Both the position numbers and the translations under genes were made by a program. A DNA stretch of 50,234 nucleotides, taken from NCBI GenBank assembly GCA_964246175.1, contig CAXTQD010000003.1:1-50234 (forward strand), in the 5' to 3' direction. Of the stretch, positions 10,735 to 20,946 are shown one piece after another. Source of the stretch: an uncultured Chthoniobacterales bacterium. Lineage in GTDB: Bacteria; Verrucomicrobiota; Verrucomicrobiia; Chthoniobacterales; SZAS-18. Each line of letters starts with the position of its first letter. Position 1 is the first letter of the stretch. The notes under the pieces were generated by a model, which searched no databases, had not been told where the DNA came from, and saw only the letters and a list, made by a program, of their open reading frames with translations.

Positions 10735-11982
10735 ATGGCCAACGAACCACAAACCAACGGCCGCCACGCTCCCGCGCAGACCGACCATGGTCGCGGCGGG
10801 AACCAGCCTCCTTCAACAAAGAGCGGGGTCGGCAAGTTTTTGCTCATCGCCATCGGAGTGGCGCTCGTGCTGGGTGTGCTGGCGTTCTTCGGCATCAGCG
10901 GGGCGGTCGCCAAGCACCGCGAACGCGACAAGACCGCACAGGCGGTCGAGGCTGGATCGACGACCGTGCGCGTGACCAAGCCGACGCGCTCGCCGCCGGT
11001 GTTCGACTTTCACCTGCCCGGTTCCAGTGAACCCCTCACCACGGCCACGCTCTACGCGCGCGTCAACGGATATCTAAAATCCCGCCTCGTGGACATCGGC
11101 GACCGCGTCCAGAAGGACCAACTCCTGGCCGAGATCGACGCGCCAGACCTAGACGCGCAACTCAACGCCTCCCGCGCCCAGCTTGAACAAAACCGTGCCG
11201 CCTTGGGCATCGCCAAAGTCACCTACGAGCGCGAGCAGCGCCTGCTGGAGCAGAAGGTCGTCAGCAAGCAGGAGTACGACCAATCTGAGGCGACCTACAA
11301 CCAGGCCGTCGCCAACGTGAAGACTGCCGAGGCCAACGTGCAAAACCTTTCCGTGCAGCAGGGGTTCGAGAAGATCATCGCGCCGTTCACGGGGGTAATC
11401 ACCACGCGCTTCTTAGACGACGGTGCGCTCATCGCCAGCGGCAGCGCCACGACGACGCCCGCCATCTACACCATTTCGCAGACGGACGTGCTGCGTGTGT
11501 TCATCTACGTGCCTCAGGCGTACGCGCCCAACGTGCAGACCGGGCAGGAGGTCGAGGTCACCGCGCCGGAGTACCCGCAGAAAATTTTCAAAGGAAAGGT
11601 GACACGCACCGCCGATTCCCTCGACCCGACCGCACGCACCGAGCGGGTGGAAATCCAGATTCCCAGCGAGAACGGCCAGCTTCTGCCTGGCATGTACCTG
11701 AACATCCGTTTCAAGGTCGAGCAGAACGAACCCGCGCTCGTCGTGCCCGCCAACACCCTGGACATTCGCAAGGAAGGCCCCCGCGTGGCGGTGCTGGACA
11801 AGGACCAGAAGGTGCATTACCGCGATGTGAAGCTCGGCCGTGACTTCGGCTTGACCATCGAGGTCGTTGGCGGTTTGCAAGGCAATGAGACGGTGGTCGT
11901 CAATCCCTCCACCGACTTGGTGGAGGGAGCGAAGGTCGAGGTCGCGCCCGAAGAAAAGAAGGATGACAAGAAGAGCGGCTAG
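10735..11982 (+). CDS. RND periplasmic adaptor (membrane fusion protein)
   Basis: N-terminal TM; ARVNGYL..VDIGDRV lipoyl half-motif; coiled hairpin; APFTGVIT. Confidence 0.93.
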   Translation: MANEPQTNGRHAPAQTDHGRGGNQPPSTKSGVGKFLLIAIGVALVLGVLAFFGISGAVAKHRERDKTAQAVEAGSTTVRVTKPTRSPPVFDFHLPGSSEPLTTATLYARVNGYLKSRLVDIGDRVQKDQLLAEIDAPDLDAQLNASRAQLEQNRAALGIAKVTYEREQRLLEQKVVSKQEYDQSEATYNQAVANVKTAEANVQNLSVQQGFEKIIAPFTGVITTRFLDDGALIASGSATTTPAIYTISQTDVLRVFIYVPQAYAPNVQTGQEVEVTAPEYPQKIFKGKVTRTADSLDPTARTERVEIQIPSENGQLLPGMYLNIRFKVEQNEPALVVPANTLDIRKEGPRVAVLDKDQKVHYRDVKLGRDFGLTIEVVGGLQGNETVVVNPSTDLVEGAKVEVAPEEKKDDKKSG

Positions 11983-12019
11983 GGTTGTCCTCCCTGGTGA
12001 GTGATGCGATGGCAAGCGC

Positions 12020-13087
12020 ATGGACCACGTTGAAAAGATTGGACTCGGATTCTTGGGTCTAGGCTGGCCGGGGGAGCAGCACGCGAAAGCCGCCCTCTCG
12101 CTGCCGGGTGCGGCCGTGTACGCCGCTTGCGACCTCGGCGCGGAACGACGCGCGAAGTTCGGGGCGCAGTTCTCGCCCACCAAGAGCTTCGAGCACTACG
12201 ACGACATGCTGGCCGACCCAGCCGTACAGGTCGTTGTCGTTTCGCTGCCGAACTTCCTGCATGCCTCGGCGACGATGGCCGCGCTCCAGGCTGGCAAGCA
12301 CGTCCTCTGCGAAAAGCCGCCGACAATGAACGTCGCGGAAGTGGAAGCCATCCGCGACGAGGCCCAGGTGCGCGGGTTGACTTACGCCTTCAGCCGGCAA
12401 TCGCGTTTCAACAACAAGATGCTCGCCGCCAAAAAGCTCGTGGAAGACGGCACGTTGGGGAACGTGTACTTCGCGCGCGCAGAGCGGGTGCGTTCGGCGG
12501 GCATCCCGGTAGGCGTCGGCGGATGGTTCCTGGAAAAGGCCAAGGCGGGCGGCGGCGCGATGATCGACATCGGCGTGCACGCGCTCGACGCCGCGTGGTA
12601 CCTGGCGGGCTGTCCCAAGCCGGTAGCGGTGAGCGGACGCGTGTCGGCCAACTTCGGCCACACGATCCCGGTCGGTGTGAAGTACGACGTGGAGGACGCC
12701 GGCTTCGCCTTTGTGCGCTTTGAGAATGGGCTGGTGCTGCATCTGGAAGTTTCCTGGGCCGGCAACCAGACCGACGCCGTGCCGAAGAGTCCTTGGGCCG
12801 GGCACGAACTGGAAAACACCACGCTCTACGGCGACCGGGCGACGCTGATGCTCGACCCGCTGACCCTCTACACGATGGAGGGCAAGGAGCGCCGGTCCGC
12901 GCCGGTCCCGACCGGACCGGAGACGAACGGCTTCAACCACCAGTTGGCGGATTTTCTCGACGCCATCCGTACCGGCCGGCCGCCGGTCAACAACGTCGAT
13001 CAGGCCGTGGATCTGATGAAAATGCTCATGGCGATCTATGAGTCGAGCGACTTCGGGACCGAAGTGCGGCTGGACGCGCTGTACTGA
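12020..13087 (+). CDS. Gfo/Idh/MocA family oxidoreductase
   Basis: GLGWPG, GKHVLCEKP and GGGAMIDIGVH motifs. Confidence 0.93.
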   Translation: MDHVEKIGLGFLGLGWPGEQHAKAALSLPGAAVYAACDLGAERRAKFGAQFSPTKSFEHYDDMLADPAVQVVVVSLPNFLHASATMAALQAGKHVLCEKPPTMNVAEVEAIRDEAQVRGLTYAFSRQSRFNNKMLAAKKLVEDGTLGNVYFARAERVRSAGIPVGVGGWFLEKAKAGGGAMIDIGVHALDAAWYLAGCPKPVAVSGRVSANFGHTIPVGVKYDVEDAGFAFVRFENGLVLHLEVSWAGNQTDAVPKSPWAGHELENTTLYGDRATLMLDPLTLYTMEGKERRSAPVPTGPETNGFNHQLADFLDAIRTGRPPVNNVDQAVDLMKMLMAIYESSDFGTEVRLDALY

Positions 13088-13104
13088 ACTGTAGCCTCGC
13101 GGCG

Positions 13105-13129
13105 TAGTTGTTAAGAAAAAGGGTGGAAC
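13105..13129 (+). repeat. Left-end motif, putative transposase-binding site
   Basis: TAGTTGTTAAGAAAAAGGGTGGAAC; related copies cluster at 29543-29794. Confidence 0.75.
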
Positions 13130-13221
13130 ACGTTCAAAGTCCTTTGAAACACCTTTCGCGTACCGATCCGCGCACTTGTTTTGCACGCGGCAGCTTTACG
13201 AGCACTTTTCTGTGCGGACCG

Positions 13222-14805
13222 TCAATCCGAGGCAGCGACCTCGGTGAACTGGAGCCGTCCGTTGGCTCCAAATCCGGCCGTCTGTGCGGTCTGCGAGTTC
13301 ATGCCAGCCCGTCGCGCTAGATGTGCGGGAGCATCATCTGAAAAGTCTTGTTCAGCCGTTTGCACAGGCTTTGCAGTTTCTTTGCAAGACTGCTTTCCGT
13401 CGGCCTGTTTTGCGGCTTTGCCGGTGCCGGCGCGCTCGGGTGCAACTTGATCCAACGCGCGCTTGATGTCAGCGCGTGTAGCCACCGTGCGGCCTTCCTG
13501 ATGGGCAAAGAAAGAGGCGATGTCTACCACGCGCTTGATGCCGAAGAGGTATTCCTGTGCGTCCAGCGCGTAAGCCGCGAGTCGCACCACCGAAGGCGCA
13601 TCCGCTGCGGGGGCGATTTTGCGCGCCACCGCCATGACTTCCTCTTCCGTCAGTGTCGCCGGAAGCAACTCTTTCCATGTGATCCGACCGCGCAGTTGCT
13701 TGGCGTTCCACTGGAGGTGCTTCTCGTAGTGCGTGCACTGCCGGTCGAACTGCGGTGTCGAGACAAAGACCACCGGTACTCCTTTGTCCAACAGCGAGCG
13801 TCGGACCCAATCTAGCCGCTTAGGCGGGCACTTGGGGCGGGCGCTGATAGGTATCAGCCAGTGGGCTTCGTCGAACACCACCGTCAGGTGCCCTGCCTGG
13901 AGCATGTCCTCGATCTTGCCCCGTAACTCCAACGCTTTGAGCTGGCCAGAGGAAGCTGTACCGATGGACCGTGCCAGACTGCGAAAAAAGGATGTTTCGT
14001 CTCCGCCAGACTCTAAGTCGATGAACACCGCCTCACCGGGGTGCATGTCACAGTAATTGCGCGCGGCAGTGCTTTTACCCGTTCTCTGGTCGCCTTCTAC
14101 AACAGCTAGGCCCTTTGCGAACGTGGCAATCCCAATTGCCTTGTGTACCATGCGGGAGACTTGCGTGTCTGCGATGGCATCACGCGCGGCGTCGATCTGC
14201 CGTTGCCGGAATAGCATCAGCGTGCCCACAAAATCTTCGATCCACCACGTCGAGTCGAGGCAGTTCTCCCGCCGACCAGGCAGTTGGTAGTAGAAGGAGG
14301 GTTTCTCTAGGTTAGTACGAGGATCCAAGCAAAGCGCGCGCAAGGCGCTTTCAAGCCCACCCCCTGCCGCTGCTTTGCGGCAAATTGCGAAGAGGTCATC
14401 GGCTTGGGTTGGGAAATCATCATCTCTCGGGCAAAAGAAGCCATCGAGAAGTGCGGCATCGTCTTGAGCCGATCGATTAGGCGTATCGGGGAAATCGTGC
14501 CGTAGCGCCTCCCGCTCATCATCGTCGAGTTTCTGCCCCGGCTTGAGTGCCAATCCCCTCATGCCCGGCGTGCGAAACTTCTCTGGAAACGCAGCGAGAA
14601 TTTCGTCTGCCACCCGACGCAAACCGCCATCGCGGTGGGAAAGTTGCTGGAGAAAATAGCACAGCGCACGATGCTCCGAACGCATCGCCACTTTGCATCT
14701 GCGGGCGACAAGGTTGCCTAGGAGGCCGACCTCATGCGCGCTGCTGGAGGCATAAGCCTCTTGGCTGACAGCGGAGCCATCCTGCCGATACCGGGTGCTA
14801 CTCAT
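13222..14805 (-). CDS. MuB/TnsC-like AAA+ ATPase (transposition protein B)
   Basis: Walker A GDQRTGKS, Walker B VVFDEAH; overlaps the end of the transposase gene; ~200 aa N-terminal extension. Confidence 0.85.
   Translation of the reverse strand: MSSTRYRQDGSAVSQEAYASSSAHEVGLLGNLVARRCKVAMRSEHRALCYFLQQLSHRDGGLRRVADEILAAFPEKFRTPGMRGLALKPGQKLDDDEREALRHDFPDTPNRSAQDDAALLDGFFCPRDDDFPTQADDLFAICRKAAAGGGLESALRALCLDPRTNLEKPSFYYQLPGRRENCLDSTWWIEDFVGTLMLFRQRQIDAARDAIADTQVSRMVHKAIGIATFAKGLAVVEGDQRTGKSTAARNYCDMHPGEAVFIDLESGGDETSFFRSLARSIGTASSGQLKALELRGKIEDMLQAGHLTVVFDEAHWLIPISARPKCPPKRLDWVRRSLLDKGVPVVFVSTPQFDRQCTHYEKHLQWNAKQLRGRITWKELLPATLTEEEVMAVARKIAPAADAPSVVRLAAYALDAQEYLFGIKRVVDIASFFAHQEGRTVATRADIKRALDQVAPERAGTGKAAKQADGKQSCKETAKPVQTAEQDFSDDAPAHLARRAGMNSQTAQTAGFGANGRLQFTEVAASD
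13359..13386 (+). repeat. TTTGCA x3 with 11-bp period
   Basis: TTTGCA at 13359, 13370 and 13381, inside the low-complexity tail of the ATPase gene. Confidence 0.7.
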
Positions 14806-17239
14806 CGTTCAAGTTTTCCTGTGCCTCCATTTCGTCAGCCTGTTTGAGCAGTTGCAACGAACGCAGGCGTGCATCGGCATCGCGGCCAGGCGTGGAGGCG
14901 CGGATGCCGAGTTCGCGCTCCAGTTCGGACGTGCGCCGCGCGACTTGTTGCCGCTCGTCGTCTTTGACCCGGACTTTGGCGCGTCCCTCCTTGATGGCAT
15001 CGCCGAGCAGCACGGTATTCAAATCTGCATCGATCCGACGGAACATGGACTGTTTGAGCAATGGCCCGATGGCACGGTAAGCAGTCCTCTGGTAGCTGCT
15101 GTGCGCGGCGGATTGAGAAAGCGCCGCACTGAGTTGACCGGGCGCTGGATAAAAGGAGGCGACTTGAGGCAGCAGCGGCACTTCAATTGGGTTCCGGTCG
15201 TGTAGATCCGTAATCGTCACAGAGGCCGGCGGCGCGCCGTCGCCTTCTTGTACGTCGTACCGCACGATAACTTCCTTGCCCCTCAAGCGGCTGGTTTCTG
15301 CGTTGCAATACGCGGGCCGCTGACTGTGCCACGAGATTGTCACACCTCGCTGCCCGACTTTCGCTTGGCAGCGATGGTTTAGCAGCAGGTAGCGTGTCGG
15401 TCCTTCAAGGCGGGTGAGCGGATCGCGGTAGTCGAACCATTTCTCCCACGCCTGCAATGGTGAGAGCTTTTGCAGTCGCCGGCCATCTTGGCGTTCGTTG
15501 TTGTAGCGATTACAGTAGCCGATGAGCTTTTCGATCCACTGCTCTTTGCTGTAGAGAAAGCTGCCGTATTCAATCTTACCGGCTGCCGCGTCACGAAGCT
15601 TTTTCTGGATGCGCTCGAATTTTTCCGTCATCTCCGCTCGGCCGACATACCCGACCTCGCCGTCCATCATATCTTCGAGCTTGCCGATGGTATTCTCGAT
15701 AGTCTTAGAGCGGGGCAGATGGGCGTGACGGAACTCCACAAAGTCGCGCAGTCCCTTTTCGGTGTCTTCCAAAGTAATCTCGTTCCTCGCGGTGCCCTTG
15801 AGCAGCCGCGCGCTGGACCAAAGCCCGCGCTCAAAGTACAGAGCTTTTCGAGGCAGGCCGTAGCGGTCGTGCGCGGTGATGAACGCGTTGCGAATGATGC
15901 GCGCGTTGTAGTTACGTTCCGAGTGCAGAGCGAAGCTCAGAATGAGTGAGGTCCGCACGTCACAAAAAAGGATGAACTGGCCGCGCATCGCCATCGGTCC
16001 ATCCGGTGTGTTCTCCCAGTAATAGGAGTTCAAAGTTACGTCATCGGCCGTCCACACGTCTCCCGGACTGATGTCCGAGTAATCACGCTCAAGGTAGGCT
16101 CCTCGGAGCTTTGCCTGGCGCGGTCCGTGGTGAATGTCCCAAAGGTTGGCGACTTCGTCGCGCAACAGGCTTCGGAGGCTTTCGGGAAGATAACTTTTCG
16201 ACGCGAACCACCTATTGAGCCGAAGCGTCGTTTCGACGCTCAATTCTTTGCCATGCATCGCGTTGCGGACGCCAAGGGAAAGACGCCCTCGCGCTTCGAC
16301 CGCTCTAGCCTTGATGATCAACAGGTCCGATTCTGGCCACGCTGCCCGCGCATCGTCGCGTGGTCCCCTACGTCGATCCACAAGCGCGGACTTTTCGCGG
16401 CCGCCTGCTTTCCACCGCATGAGGTTGCGAGAAAAAGACATCTCAAGGGCGGTCGCGCTTTTCGCCAACTGCACGCCAGAATCTGCTAGCGTTCGGAATA
16501 TCTGGCGTCGTGCCTGCCGCTCATCGGCGCCGGAGGAAACCAGTACGTCTATCTCGGTCAACGCCACTTCCCAGAGATGAGCTTTTTCCTCCGCGGTTGG
16601 TGCGGTCGGGTTTTCGATTTGCAAAAGCGCCCTGCAAACCTCGTGCACGGTGCTTGAAAACCGGTTCACAGGTGCGGCGGTCAGCATGTTACGCTTGGCG
16701 AGCTTGGCGGGCAGGAAGATTTCTAGTGGATACTCGCCACGCCAGCCCGCGCGCTCAACCGTGCGGTTCTTAAGTCGATGCCAATGGGCTGATGACACTG
16801 CATGTCCAAACTCGGCCTTGTACTCTGCCAGCCCGCTCGCTTCGATCTCGGCTGCTGGGAGAGGGGGCATGATGGCGATGCGCTTCAAGGTCGGCGCGAG
16901 CGCGCGCTCGAGCTTCGCGGCTTCGACGATGCAATGCTCGGCCAATTCGGCCAACGTCACCGGTTTGCCGTCGATGGTCGGACGCCACGGTGCACCGGGA
17001 TCGGCGAGCAGGTGGGCGGTGTCCCGGTAACATCCCTGGCGCGCCTTAGCGGCTAGTTCGTCGCGCATGGATGTCGGAAGTTGCTCCAACGTCCACGCGA
17101 GAGCCTGCTGCCCTCGCGCGAGGGCACGTCCGCCGGGTGCAACGTCCACCAACCGCTTCTTGACGCCGCGCGGGCTGATCCTAAGCGCGGCGGCGATCTG
17201 CGCGGCAGTAAACAGGATGGACGTGCCGATGGCGCTCAT
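14798..17239 (-). CDS. MuA-like DDE transposase
   Basis: N-terminal Mu-type HTH (FTAAQIAAAL...WTLEQLPTSMR); core motifs WTADDVT, LYFERG and SKTIENTIG; YNNERQ..LSPLQAW; C-terminal beta-barrel-like segment. Confidence 0.85.
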   Translation of the reverse strand: MSAIGTSILFTAAQIAAALRISPRGVKKRLVDVAPGGRALARGQQALAWTLEQLPTSMRDELAAKARQGCYRDTAHLLADPGAPWRPTIDGKPVTLAELAEHCIVEAAKLERALAPTLKRIAIMPPLPAAEIEASGLAEYKAEFGHAVSSAHWHRLKNRTVERAGWRGEYPLEIFLPAKLAKRNMLTAAPVNRFSSTVHEVCRALLQIENPTAPTAEEKAHLWEVALTEIDVLVSSGADERQARRQIFRTLADSGVQLAKSATALEMSFSRNLMRWKAGGREKSALVDRRRGPRDDARAAWPESDLLIIKARAVEARGRLSLGVRNAMHGKELSVETTLRLNRWFASKSYLPESLRSLLRDEVANLWDIHHGPRQAKLRGAYLERDYSDISPGDVWTADDVTLNSYYWENTPDGPMAMRGQFILFCDVRTSLILSFALHSERNYNARIIRNAFITAHDRYGLPRKALYFERGLWSSARLLKGTARNEITLEDTEKGLRDFVEFRHAHLPRSKTIENTIGKLEDMMDGEVGYVGRAEMTEKFERIQKKLRDAAAGKIEYGSFLYSKEQWIEKLIGYCNRYNNERQDGRRLQKLSPLQAWEKWFDYRDPLTRLEGPTRYLLLNHRCQAKVGQRGVTISWHSQRPAYCNAETSRLRGKEVIVRYDVQEGDGAPPASVTITDLHDRNPIEVPLLPQVASFYPAPGQLSAALSQSAAHSSYQRTAYRAIGPLLKQSMFRRIDADLNTVLLGDAIKEGRAKVRVKDDERQQVARRTSELERELGIRASTPGRDADARLRSLQLLKQADEMEAQENLNDE

Positions 17240-17661
17240 GTCGCAGGTTCAGCCATCGGGAACACGGCCAGCTTGATTTCGCCGTCGTGCTTGCTCACAG
17301 CCACCACTTCCACTCCTCCCGCCTGCAAAGTGGTCGCATTTGGTACTTCGGTAGCGTCTTCCTTGGCGGCGAGAGGATGAATTGCCAAGCGGACTTCGCG
17401 CGGGCGCAGGAAGTTGATTGTCACCGACACACCCGCCGCCAGCGGCTGAGGTTTCGGCCCAAGGATGGCTTCCATGTTGTTCCGGTAGAACGTGCCGACG
17501 GAAGTCGGTGAAATCGTGATGCCCAACTCGTCTCGCAAGAGCCGGTGCACTTCCGAGTAGGACTTGTTCTCACGCAGCCAACCCAACAGGGTTTCGCGTT
17601 GGTCTGGGGTGAGAGTCTGGAGCGGACCTTGATCCGAGCGGGGTTTGCGGTTGCGGCTCAT
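17236..17661 (-). CDS. Mu gp27/DUF3486-like HTH protein (putative small terminase subunit)
   Basis: RKPRSD..LQTLTPDQRETLLGWLRENKSYSEVHRLLRDELGITISPTSVGTFY matches the DUF3486 N-terminal pattern; ATGA overlap with the transposase start. Confidence 0.6.
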   Translation of the reverse strand: MSRNRKPRSDQGPLQTLTPDQRETLLGWLRENKSYSEVHRLLRDELGITISPTSVGTFYRNNMEAILGPKPQPLAAGVSVTINFLRPREVRLAIHPLAAKEDATEVPNATTLQAGGVEVVAVSKHDGEIKLAVFPMAEPAT

Positions 17662-17666
17662 GGTGT

Positions 17667-20600
17667 CTAAGGGATGCCGAGTTCGACGCGGTTACCGGTG
17701 ATGGCATCGAGGATGACCTTGGTGCCCTTCTTGCTCCGCATGTGCCGCATCATGGCGTCTTGGTCGAAAAAGACGTAGGTATGGTGATGGTGATCACCAC
17801 CGCCAGTTCCGCCCTCGCCACGGCGGCTGCGCGGTCCACTGGCACGTCCGGTCGGGCTGTAGCCGCCAGCAGAGGCCATCGCTCCGCGTGCGTCCGAGGA
17901 GAGGCGCGGCACGCGCACGTTCATCCTTGCCTGTGAGAGCGCGCGGAGGTTCTCCACGCCCCAGCTGAGCACGGACGACTTCGGAAAAACGTACTCTCCC
18001 CGGTGAACCACACCCGCTACTTCGCTCTCGTGACCGTCGCCCGTGTAGCCGCCCGAGCGGTAGCTGCCGGCGGCGGCGCTGGCAGCAGTCGCACCGGCTA
18101 GAGCCGCGCCGTACGCAAGAGAACCGATGCCAACCGCCGCGCCTTCGGTGGCAATCGCCATGTTGATGGCCGCTGGTGCCGAGGCAACCGCGAGCTGCGA
18201 GGCGCTTTGGATGGCCCCTTGGTTCGCCTGCTTGTTTGTCAGCGCATCAATGGCCGCCATGATGAGCCGGCCCGCGACGTACTCGACAACGATCTTCACG
18301 AGCATGGCGATGATGCTCTGACCCACTTCGGCGAAGGCTTGGCCGAGCGTCTTCGTGCGGGTGATCAGCCCGGTGATGGCGTTGCTGATGCCGTTGGTGA
18401 TGGTCGTGGTGATCTCCCGCGCCGCGTTGCCCGCCACCTTGGCGAGGTCCGTGAACCCGTTGGCGAGCTGCGTGAGCTGCACACGGATATTGCCGAGGGG
18501 CGTCAGCTTCGCCGCCTCCAGGTTCATCTCCTTCTGCTTGAGGATCACCTGCGCGACGGCCGCTTTGATCTTCTCCAGGTCGGCCACCGTCTTCGGCGTC
18601 TGAGGCTGCGCCGTCAGTTTGGTTTGCTCGGCTTCCAGTTGCTTCTGGAGTGCGGCCAACTGGACGAGGAAAGTCTGGATCGTCTGGATGTTTTTCTGTG
18701 CCGCCTCGGCCGGACTCTTCTCGCCGAGCGCGAGTTCCACGTCAGTCAGCTTGACGGTGGACTGGTACTGCGATTCGAGCTTGGAAAGCTGCTCCAGGAG
18801 TGCCCGGCGCGCTTCCAGGTCGTTGTTGTCCTTGCCGCCCGTGTCGGGCTTCTTGTCGGGCAACACCTTCCCCGGCTTCGTCGGGTTGATCTTGGTGTCG
18901 TCGTTCGCGCTGCCGGGCTGTGCTTTGATGACGCCAAGGCCGAGCTGGAGAGCCGCCGCGCCCGCCGCGATCACCGCGTTGCGCATGTTGGCGATGGCTC
19001 CATCCACCATGCCCTGCGCGGTCTTGACGATGTAGTCGGTGCCCTTGAAGAGTCCCGCCGCCGCCGTGTCCACCGCGCTGTTGACGGATGAAGCGATACC
19101 GCCGGCACCGGGGATTGCGCTCAAGACACCCATGATCGTCTTGACGAAACTCACCGCCTGGTTGACCGCATCTTGGAACGTCGCGGCGAGTGCCTGCACG
19201 ATGGCTACGCCAAGGCCATCCATCGCCGCCTGCACGGCGTAGAACGCCGCCTTGACGAGGTTGCTGATGAGCGAACATGCCGCCGAGACGATGGGCGCGG
19301 CGGAAGTCAGGAGGTCCCGCAAGTGCGTTGCCGCGCTGGCGAAGTCGCCGTTGATGATGGCAGCGACAACCTGCAAGCCATCCCCGGCAATCTTGAGGAA
19401 TGCGCCGATGACGTACCCGGCAGCCGTAAACTCCGGCTTGAGTGCCGTGAGCACGTCCTTGACTGCCTGGAGGAAGGGAGTCAGCCCGTTGACGATGGGG
19501 CGGCCGAAGGTTTCCATCATCTGCTGCCACGCGGTGCGGATGCCTTGCACCACGCCCGCGAAGGTCCGGGCGAACGCCGCCGCGGCACCGCCGTACTGGT
19601 CGAGCGACTTCTCCAAAGCCGCCCAGATTTCAGAGCCGCTCTTCCCGGCGGCGGCCATGTTCTTCAGTTCGTTGGCCGTCGAACCGGAGATCAACCCCGC
19701 GCGCTGCAACTGCTGCGTTGCGCGCTGGATGGGCTGGCCGTTTTGGATGGCCTCGTACGCCCGGCCGAAGCTGGTGGCAACGGAGGTCAGCGACTGGCCG
19801 GTACGCGCCGATCCTTCGATGACCAGCTCCAGACTCTTGCCCGTGCCGAGGGCGCCCTGGGAAAGCAGCGTCAACTCCTGGCTGGCCGCGCGCACCTGCT
19901 CGGTGGGCAAATTGAACTTCTCGGCCGTGGCGTCGAGTTCCTCCAGCCGCTGCTGTGCGGCTTGTGTGCTGCCCAGCAAGGCGAGGAAGCCCGTCTCGGC
20001 CGTCTGCTGCGTGGCGGCTTCGGAGATGGCCTCCTTGACCAGCCCAGCCGCCTTCGCGATGCCGGCGAGAGCGATGGTTGCCGCCGCGCCGACAACCAAC
20101 AGAGGTCCGAGCGTGGACACGAACCCGGCCACACCGCCGCCGGCCGCCGCGACCTTCGGGCCGATGGTTTCCACCGCCTGTCCGAAAATCTGGAGACCCA
20201 CGCCCGCGCGCAGCAGCGAAGGCTCCACCAAGCCCAAGGTGGTCAGGAGCGTGCCAAACTCCTGCGCCTTGCCGCCGAACGCATTGTAGCGCGCCGCGTC
20301 GGCTGCCTGTTTCTCGGCAGCGGCGAGCCGTTCGGAGGCGGCGGCGGCCGCCTGCTTGAGTTGAGTGTAGGCACGCTCGGCTGCGGCGGCCTGTTGCGTG
20401 TAGTCGGCGACGTTGCGGCGAACGTTGGCAATGAACTCCGCGTTCGCTCCCTCTTCGGCCTCTATCTCTGCCAGGTATTGCTGCGCCTGCGCGAGGGCCG
20501 ACAGCGACAGCGAAAGGCCGTTGGCGGCGCTTTCTTCCTCGGCGCGCAGGATGGCCGCTTCCCTGGCGAGGCTGAGTTCGGGCACCCGCGCTTCCGTCGA

Positions 20601-20942
20601 GGCGGTGCGCGCCACCGTCTCTTCGGCGAGGCTGCCGCTCAGCGAAGCGCGGGAACTCGCCTCGCTGGCGAGCAGCTCCGCCAGCGGTCCCGCCGCCGCC
20701 GCTTCCGCTTCCTGGGCGGCAACGGCTCCCTGCGCGGCGGTGGTGACCGCCGCAATGGTCTCGGCGTTGCGCCCGGCGGTCTCACTGATGGTGTTGAGGC
20801 CGTCAGTGACACCCTTCGCCTCTTGGGCAAGTTCGGTGGCTCCCTTCGCGGTCTGGGCCACTGCCTCCGTCAGACCCTTGATCTGCGCGAGGGCGTCACC
20901 CACTGACACCACGAACTTCAACTCAAACGGTCGGTCAGCCAT
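17667..20942 (-). CDS. Phage tail tape measure protein
   Basis: 1091 aa, Ala/Gly-rich and helical; tape-measure domain (FLALLGSTQAAQQRLEEL); hydrophobic central segments; lambdoid C-terminal motif GGYTGDG...AGVVHRGEYVF...GVENL; lies right after the chaperone genes. Confidence 0.9.
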   Translation of the reverse strand: MADRPFELKFVVSVGDALAQIKGLTEAVAQTAKGATELAQEAKGVTDGLNTISETAGRNAETIAAVTTAAQGAVAAQEAEAAAAGPLAELLASEASSRASLSGSLAEETVARTASTEARVPELSLAREAAILRAEEESAANGLSLSLSALAQAQQYLAEIEAEEGANAEFIANVRRNVADYTQQAAAAERAYTQLKQAAAAASERLAAAEKQAADAARYNAFGGKAQEFGTLLTTLGLVEPSLLRAGVGLQIFGQAVETIGPKVAAAGGGVAGFVSTLGPLLVVGAAATIALAGIAKAAGLVKEAISEAATQQTAETGFLALLGSTQAAQQRLEELDATAEKFNLPTEQVRAASQELTLLSQGALGTGKSLELVIEGSARTGQSLTSVATSFGRAYEAIQNGQPIQRATQQLQRAGLISGSTANELKNMAAAGKSGSEIWAALEKSLDQYGGAAAAFARTFAGVVQGIRTAWQQMMETFGRPIVNGLTPFLQAVKDVLTALKPEFTAAGYVIGAFLKIAGDGLQVVAAIINGDFASAATHLRDLLTSAAPIVSAACSLISNLVKAAFYAVQAAMDGLGVAIVQALAATFQDAVNQAVSFVKTIMGVLSAIPGAGGIASSVNSAVDTAAAGLFKGTDYIVKTAQGMVDGAIANMRNAVIAAGAAALQLGLGVIKAQPGSANDDTKINPTKPGKVLPDKKPDTGGKDNNDLEARRALLEQLSKLESQYQSTVKLTDVELALGEKSPAEAAQKNIQTIQTFLVQLAALQKQLEAEQTKLTAQPQTPKTVADLEKIKAAVAQVILKQKEMNLEAAKLTPLGNIRVQLTQLANGFTDLAKVAGNAAREITTTITNGISNAITGLITRTKTLGQAFAEVGQSIIAMLVKIVVEYVAGRLIMAAIDALTNKQANQGAIQSASQLAVASAPAAINMAIATEGAAVGIGSLAYGAALAGATAASAAAGSYRSGGYTGDGHESEVAGVVHRGEYVFPKSSVLSWGVENLRALSQARMNVRVPRLSSDARGAMASAGGYSPTGRASGPRSRRGEGGTGGGDHHHHTYVFFDQDAMMRHMRSKKGTKVILDAITGNRVELGIP

Positions 20943-20946
20943 AGTG

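Noticed and set aside
13090-13105. TGTAGCCTCGCGGCGT as an attL copy of the tRNA-Arg 3' end (TGCAGCCGGCGGGGGT)
   Set aside because: Only a short gapped match in GC-rich DNA, and no integrase is present.
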